Positions 58,901 through 64,000 of a stretch of 64,000 nt of DNA are shown one piece after another. The DNA is taken from NCBI GenBank assembly GCA_047285305.1, contig JBJBDL010000003.1:1504001-1568000 (forward strand). The letters run 5' to 3'. A program made the position numbers and the translations under genes. The first letter of the stretch is position 1; each line of letters opens with the position of its first letter. A model generated the notes under the pieces. It did no database searches. It saw only the letters and a program-made list of their open reading frames with translations, and had not been told where the DNA came from. The DNA comes from Synechococcus sp. Lineage in GTDB: Bacteria > Cyanobacteriota > Cyanobacteriia > PCC-6307 > Cyanobiaceae.

Positions 58901-60882
58901 GCGGAGAGTTCCTGAGGCTGCTCTTCTAAAGCAGTCCTGGGATCAGCGTCGGTTCCGTCGTCGGAAGGATGGAAGAAATCGTGGATGTCGCGGGCCAGAG
59001 CCGGGCCGACGCCAGGGGCCTTGGACAGGGTCTCAACCGATGCCAGCTGGATGGCATCAATCGAATGGAAATGAGCCAAGAGATCCTTGACCCGCTTGGG
59101 CCCAAGTCCGGGGATGTCCGAGAGGCGTGAACGCTTCATTCGCTGACCACGCTGCTGGCGGTGGAAACTGACGGCGAAACGGTGGGCTTCATCCCGCAGG
59201 CGGCGAAGGAGCACAACCCCGAGCTGATCCGGTTCACTCTCCAGAGGCTGGCTTTCGCCGGGGAGAAAAACCTCTTCGCGCTGTTTGGCGAGGGAGCAGA
59301 CATTGAGATCCTCGTGCAGATCAAGCTCGCGCAGGGCTTCCATAACGGCGGAGAGCTGGCCCTTGCCGCCATCAATCATCACCACATCGGGCCAGTCGTT
59401 TAGGCCGTCGGTTTGCAGAGCGCTTCCGCCTTTGTGACGCAGGGCACCAACATCCACCCCCTCTGCCTTGGCCCGGGCCCAGCGGCGAAAACGGCGGCGC
59501 ATGATTTCCGCCATCGCCATGAAGTCGTCGCTGTGGCCAGCGCGGATGCTGCTGCTGCGGATCTTGTACTTGCGGTAGTGCTGCTTGGCGGGCAGCCCGT
59601 CGATGAATACCACCTGGGAGGCCACGGCATCGCTGCCCTGGATGTGACTGATGTCGTAGCCCTCGATCCGCCGCGGCGGGGTAGGCAACTCCAGCAGTTG
59701 CGCCAGATCCTCCGTGGCCAACGACTGCTTCTCCTGACCTTGCTTGGCGCGGAGCAACTCAAACTCCGCGTTGCGCTGCACCAGTTCGATCAGATTGGCT
59801 TTCTGCTGGCGCTGCGGGCAGTGGATCTGCACCCGACGCTCGCGCTGTTCCGAGAGCCAGTCCTCCATCAGTTTCTGCTGGGGCAGAGCGTGCTGCACCA
59901 ACAGCTCGGGGGGCACCTCAACGGAATCCACCTGGCTGTAGTGCTCTTCAATCACCCGTTGCAGGATCAGTCCAGGTTCCAGACCTGAGGCATCAGCCGT
60001 GTAGCCAAGACGTCCGACCAACTTCCCGGCGCGCATCTGAAACAGCTGCACGGCTGCCAAGCGTTCATCGAAGGCAAGGGCCAGCACATCCCGACTCACA
60101 GAGGAATCCGGCAGACTCAACTTCTGGTCGGCGGTGAGCTGATCCAGCCCCTGAAGTTGATCCCGAACCTGGGCCGCCGACTCGTAGTCCATCCGCTCGG
60201 CATACCGCTCCATCTGCGCCTGAAGCAGCTGCTGCAGTTCATCGCTGCGGCCCTGGAACACCATCGCCACCTTGCGCAATGTGCGGTGATAGTCCTCCGA
60301 GCTGATTTTTTCCTGGCAGACGCCAGGGCAGCGCCCGATGCTGTAGTTGAGGCAGGTGCGGTCGGGGTACATCGGTCGTGGCCGTTGCCGCAGCGGGAAC
60401 ACCCGCTTCACCAGAAACAGGGTGCGGCGCAGCAGGCCTACATCGACATAGGGCCCGTAAAAGCGATCCAGGGGGCTGCGGAAGCGACGGCGACGAGTGA
60501 TGAAAATCCGTGGGTAGGCCTCACTCCAGGTGATGCAGAGGTAGGGGTATTTCTTGTCGTCCTTCAGCAGCACATTGAAGTGCGGCTGATGGTTCTTGAT
60601 CAGGTTCGACTCGAGAACAAGGGCCTCCGCCTCGCTGTCGGTGACGATGAATTCAATCTCACAGACCTGGCGTGTCATCAGCCGGATCCGTGGCGACAGA
60701 TCGTGGCGGCTGCGGAAATAGCTGCGCACGCGGCTGCGCAACGCCTTCGACTTGCCGACATAGAGGATCCGGTCGTCGCCGTCCCGCATCAGATAACAAC
60801 CCGGCTCAGCGGGGATCTCCTTCAGGCGGCGTTCAAGACGCTCGGGCTGCGTCAGCAGCGGTGCACCGGAGGCGGCATCCAC
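58897..60882 (-). CDS. uvrC: Excinuclease ABC subunit C
   Basis: GIY-YIG (PGCYLM..LYVGKS), [26 protein letters not shown], HhH IPGLGPKR. Confidence 0.97.
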   Translation of the reverse strand: MDAASGAPLLTQPERLERRLKEIPAEPGCYLMRDGDDRILYVGKSKALRSRVRSYFRSRHDLSPRIRLMTRQVCEIEFIVTDSEAEALVLESNLIKNHQPHFNVLLKDDKKYPYLCITWSEAYPRIFITRRRRFRSPLDRFYGPYVDVGLLRRTLFLVKRVFPLRQRPRPMYPDRTCLNYSIGRCPGVCQEKISSEDYHRTLRKVAMVFQGRSDELQQLLQAQMERYAERMDYESAAQVRDQLQGLDQLTADQKLSLPDSSVSRDVLALAFDERLAAVQLFQMRAGKLVGRLGYTADASGLEPGLILQRVIEEHYSQVDSVEVPPELLVQHALPQQKLMEDWLSEQRERRVQIHCPQRQQKANLIELVQRNAEFELLRAKQGQEKQSLATEDLAQLLELPTPPRRIEGYDISHIQGSDAVASQVVFIDGLPAKQHYRKYKIRSSSIRAGHSDDFMAMAEIMRRRFRRWARAKAEGVDVGALRHKGGSALQTDGLNDWPDVVMIDGGKGQLSAVMEALRELDLHEDLNVCSLAKQREEVFLPGESQPLESEPDQLGVVLLRRLRDEAHRFAVSFHRQQRGQRMKRSRLSDIPGLGPKRVKDLLAHFHSIDAIQLASVETLSKAPGVGPALARDIHDFFHPSDDGTDADPRTALEEQPQELSA

Positions 60883-60891
60883 CAGGCCAGC

Positions 60892-61374
60892 TCAGCCGCC
60901 GTAATTCCAGCCGGTGCTGGCCAGGTTCAGGGCCTCGCCATCGGCGATCAGACGCGCTGTTTTCACTTCGCCCACAAACACGGTGTGGTCACCGTGCTTG
61001 ATCGAACCCACGATTTCGCACTCCACACCGCCTACGGCATCGGTGAGCAAGGGAAGACCGAGATCACCTTCCTCGAAGGGTGCCGCTTCAAAGCGACCAC
61101 CGAGCGCCTTCTGGGGCTTGAAAAACACCGCTGCAAGATCCTTCTGATCGGCCCGCAGCACGTTGAGGGAGAACTTACCGGTGGCCTCGATGATGGCGTG
61201 ACTGCTGCTGTCAGCCCGAACCCCCATCACCACCAACGGCGGCTCGAACGATCCCTGGGTCACCCAGCTGGCCGTGAAACCGTTCACGTCATCGCCGTTG
61301 CGCACGCCGCAGATGAAGAGTCCGTGGGGGATCTTGCGAAGCAGGACCTTCTTGGCGTCGGCGTCGAGGCTCAT
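60892..61374 (-). CDS. Flavin reductase-family protein
   Basis: GFTASWVTQGSFEPP, FSLNVL, GDHTVFVGEV, WNYGG. Confidence 0.9.
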   Translation of the reverse strand: MSLDADAKKVLLRKIPHGLFICGVRNGDDVNGFTASWVTQGSFEPPLVVMGVRADSSSHAIIEATGKFSLNVLRADQKDLAAVFFKPQKALGGRFEAAPFEEGDLGLPLLTDAVGGVECEIVGSIKHGDHTVFVGEVKTARLIADGEALNLASTGWNYGG

Positions 61375-61443
61375 GGCACGGTTGCGATGGCTGAAATCTA
61401 AACAGCGATCCGCTTCATAGGATCCGCCCATCGCTGATTCCCA

Positions 61444-61935
61444 ATGCGGGCGCTTTACCCCGGCAGTTTCGACCCTCTCACCAATGGTCATATGGACTTG
61501 ATCGAGCGGGCTGTGAGCCTGTTTGGTGAGGTGGTCGTTGCGGTACTCAGCAATCCGAGCAAACGGCCTGCGTTCAGCGTCGAGGAAAGGATCGAACAGA
61601 TCCGCACGGCGACGCGCCATCTCTCCGGCGTTGAGGTGATCAGTTTCGATGGCCTCACGGTGAACTGTGCCGTCACCCATCGCGCCGACCTGATCCTCAG
61701 GGGGCTGCGAGCAATGAGTGACTTCGAATACGAACTACAGATCGCCCACACCAACCGCTCCTTGGCAGACGATCTAGAAACGGTGTTCATGGCCACCACG
61801 GCACGCCACAGCTTTCTAAGTAGCTCCGTGGTGAAGGAAGTGGCCCGCTTCGGCGGGTCAATCGAGCACATGGTTCCGCCAGAGGTGGCCAAGGACCTCA
61901 ACAGGCTCTTTAATTCAGCTTTCCCCGCCAGCTGA
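61444..61935 (+). CDS. coaD: Phosphopantetheine adenylyltransferase
   Basis: [31 protein letters not shown]. Confidence 0.97.
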   Translation: MRALYPGSFDPLTNGHMDLIERAVSLFGEVVVAVLSNPSKRPAFSVEERIEQIRTATRHLSGVEVISFDGLTVNCAVTHRADLILRGLRAMSDFEYELQIAHTNRSLADDLETVFMATTARHSFLSSSVVKEVARFGGSIEHMVPPEVAKDLNRLFNSAFPAS

Positions 61936-61936
61936 G

Positions 61937-62956
61937 ATGAACGACGTCCGGTTCTCCGTTCTCGATCAACTCGATCAGCTGGAGGAAGTTGTTCTGGAGG
62001 GCAGTCGGCTGCCCTTCACCGGCGGACGTCTGGTCAACGAATCCGATGCCGTTGAGCTGCTGGATGCCGTCCGTGATGAATTGCCGAAGGAGCTGGAGCA
62101 GGCCGCCAAACTGCTGGATCGCCGGGAAGAGTTCATCAACACCGCCCGCAGGAACGCCGAGGAGATCGTTGAGCAGGCCCAGCGTCAGCGCGAACAGCTC
62201 GTCAACAACGCCGCTATCCGCCAGGAAGCGGAACGGCAGGTGAATGAGATGCGTGAGCAGGCCCGCCAGCAGTGTGAGCAGTTGCTCCAGAAAACGCGCG
62301 AGCAGGGGGCGAAGCTGGAGCAGGAGATGCAAAGCAAGCTGGCCCAGTTGGAACAGCAGTTCGCATCACGCCGCCAGCAGCTGGAGCAGGAAGGACTGGA
62401 GCGTCGCCAGCAGCTGGAGCAGGAAGCGATTGAGCTGAAGCGTCAACACGCTGAGCGACTCGACGCCAGCCGCCAACAGGCCCAGCAGCAAATCCAACAG
62501 ATTGAGGCCAACGCAGCAGAACTCAAGCGCCATCACGCTGAGCAGCACGAAGCCAACAGACACCAGGCGATGCAGGATCTGGAAACGATTCGCCGTGAAG
62601 CCCTGCGCCTGCAGAAGGAAGGCCGCGATGAGGCTGAGCGGATTCACAACGACGCGCTGCAGTTCCGGCAGCAGACCCAACAGCAGTCCGAGTCGCTAAT
62701 CCAACGCAGCCGCCAGGAAGCAGCCGGCGTTCAGGACGGCGCCAATCGCTACGCCGAGCAGACACTGGGTGAGCTGGAAGTACGCCTCAAGGAAATGGCC
62801 CAGGTGGTGATGGCGGGCCGTCAGGAGCTGTCCAAGATTCAGACCATCCGTTCAGCGGCCCCTGGCGCCAACGCTGGTGACGACACCAAAACCGTTCCGT
62901 TCAGTCGGGCCCAGCGGGCTGCGTCACGGCTGCGGTCCATGCGGGGCAACGGCTGA
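61937..62956 (+). CDS. DivIVA-like / Cdv3-type coiled-coil cell division protein
   Basis: LDQLEEVVLEGSRLPFTGGRLV N-terminus, long Q/E/R coiled coil, GANRYA motif; starts 1 bp after the coaD stop. Confidence 0.72.
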   Translation: MNDVRFSVLDQLDQLEEVVLEGSRLPFTGGRLVNESDAVELLDAVRDELPKELEQAAKLLDRREEFINTARRNAEEIVEQAQRQREQLVNNAAIRQEAERQVNEMREQARQQCEQLLQKTREQGAKLEQEMQSKLAQLEQQFASRRQQLEQEGLERRQQLEQEAIELKRQHAERLDASRQQAQQQIQQIEANAAELKRHHAEQHEANRHQAMQDLETIRREALRLQKEGRDEAERIHNDALQFRQQTQQQSESLIQRSRQEAAGVQDGANRYAEQTLGELEVRLKEMAQVVMAGRQELSKIQTIRSAAPGANAGDDTKTVPFSRAQRAASRLRSMRGNG

Positions 62957-64000
62957 TCCTCTGGCTTGCCAGCAGGATCTGGCCCATAACCGAGTCGGGT
63001 GCATAGGACCCGTTGGCAATCATGCTCACGTAACGCGGTCCATCGGTTGTTTCAAGAATGCCGGAGATCGATCGAACTCCGCGGAGGGTGCCGGTCTTTC
63101 CCCAGAAGCGACCCTCAAGTGGGGTCCCCCAGAAATAGTTGCGCAGCGTTCCTCTCTGGCCTGCAATTGCCATCGAGGCCTGGTAGTAGGCCGCCAGGGG
63201 GTGTTGCGCCATGCGCCACAGCAGCACGGACAGGGAACGGCTGGTGAGACGGTTTCCCCGTGAGAGTCCGCTGCCATCCCGCAGCCGTAGTCCCGTCATC
63301 GGGACCCCTTGGGCTTGCAACCAGCGGGTGGTGGCGATGGACGCACGGTTCACATCCCAGACGTCCGCCGCCTCACGCATCAGCACCTCAGCGGTGAAGT
63401 TATGGCTCTCAGTGTTGGCCAGGCTAAGCAGGGCGTGCATCGGCGCGGAATCTTGGCTTTGCAGAACAACACTCGCCCGCCTGTTCCGCGCAAGGGCCGT
63501 CTCTCGGGTCTGCTGATCAACCATCTGCAGACGAATCTGTCCACCCTGCTGCTGCACGGTGTAGTTGAGAATCCGCTGCAGCCGTGCAGCTGGATCCATC
63601 ACCGCCATGTGCAGGGCGTTGCTGGTGAGGGCAAGGCGCGTGATCGGTGCGCCGTAGGCGTAGGAGCGATCCGCAGGGTCCCAATCGGCAGGCCACCAGT
63701 GCTGACGCGGTTCCTCCCGCATCAATAGCTGAACCGGCGCAGAGGCGGAGCTGGCGGTGCTGCTGGAGCCGCCCTGGCCAAGGGCCACCATGGCGAACTT
63801 CTGGATCTCGGAAATGCTGAGGTCGGGATCGCCTTCCCCCACGATCTCCAGCGATCCATCGGGATGACGCAAAAGCTGCGTCTTCAGACGGAAGTCAGGG
63901 CCGAGGCGATCCAGAGCAAAGGCCGTGCTGACCAGTTTCTGATTCGATGCAGGAATCCGGGGTATCCCCCCGTTGAGATCAGCCACCAGCTGACCCCGTT
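62901..64000 (-). CDS. dacB: D-alanyl-D-alanine carboxypeptidase/endopeptidase (PBP4), 5'-partial
   Basis: PASNQK (SxxK), GEGDP, ESHN (SxN), DGSGLSR, GKTGTL. Confidence 0.93.
   Translation of the reverse strand, partial: RGQLVADLNGGIPRIPASNQKLVSTAFALDRLGPDFRLKTQLLRHPDGSLEIVGEGDPDLSISEIQKFAMVALGQGGSSSTASSASAPVQLLMREEPRQHWWPADWDPADRSYAYGAPITRLALTSNALHMAVMDPAARLQRILNYTVQQQGGQIRLQMVDQQTRETALARNRRASVVLQSQDSAPMHALLSLANTESHNFTAEVLMREAADVWDVNRASIATTRWLQAQGVPMTGLRLRDGSGLSRGNRLTSRSLSVLLWRMAQHPLAAYYQASMAIAGQRGTLRNYFWGTPLEGRFWGKTGTLRGVRSISGILETTDGPRYVSMIANGSYAPDSVMGQILLASQRISRCPAWTAAVTQPAGPD

Noticed and set aside
60157..61401. 414-aa plus-strand ORF
   Set aside because: Antisense to uvrC and the flavin reductase gene; shadow ORF.
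1..64000. HIP1 (GCGATCGC) enrichment
   Set aside because: Only occasional copies noticed by eye (e.g. near 22491 and 47204); no sign of enrichment, as expected for marine picocyanobacteria. Not formally counted.

Overview
This is a GC-rich, gene-dense chromosomal window of a marine picocyanobacterium. apcD, psb30, psb32, acsF, pxcA and an NdhV-like gene, together with gene order and composition, point to marine Synechococcus; the strain cannot be fixed from sequence alone. Most of it is intact core genome: fmt, tldD/pmbA, acsF, ubiX, two RNB-family proteins, recJ, rpmF, ftsH, a 2-Cys peroxiredoxin, tRNA-Met(CAT), trmL, cobU, pxcA, lptC, metG, rpsR, rpmG, pheT, rlmD, apcD, metH, ilvE, cobN, hemJ, a photolyase, uvrC, coaD and dacB. 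The exception is an accessory patch after apcD (about 39.4-44.1 kb). There, three directly oriented copies of a 49-bp element (39424-39472, 39812-39860, 40437-40485) each consist of two 14-bp 6-2-6 dyads (ideal form GTCYYA-NN-TRRGAC) separated by exactly 21 bp that carry a conserved RGWCCTRKWACG core. The copies bracket two cassette-sized segments: an att-like non-coding segment and a decayed yqhA gene. This suggests a recombination-site-delimited mini cassette array with no recombinase in the window (inference). The patch also holds a ribbon-helix-helix/J-domain fusion gene and a doubly frameshifted SigF-like sigma factor. No CRISPR array, rRNA, transposase or integrase was seen. Family names come from motif recognition by eye, not from database searches.
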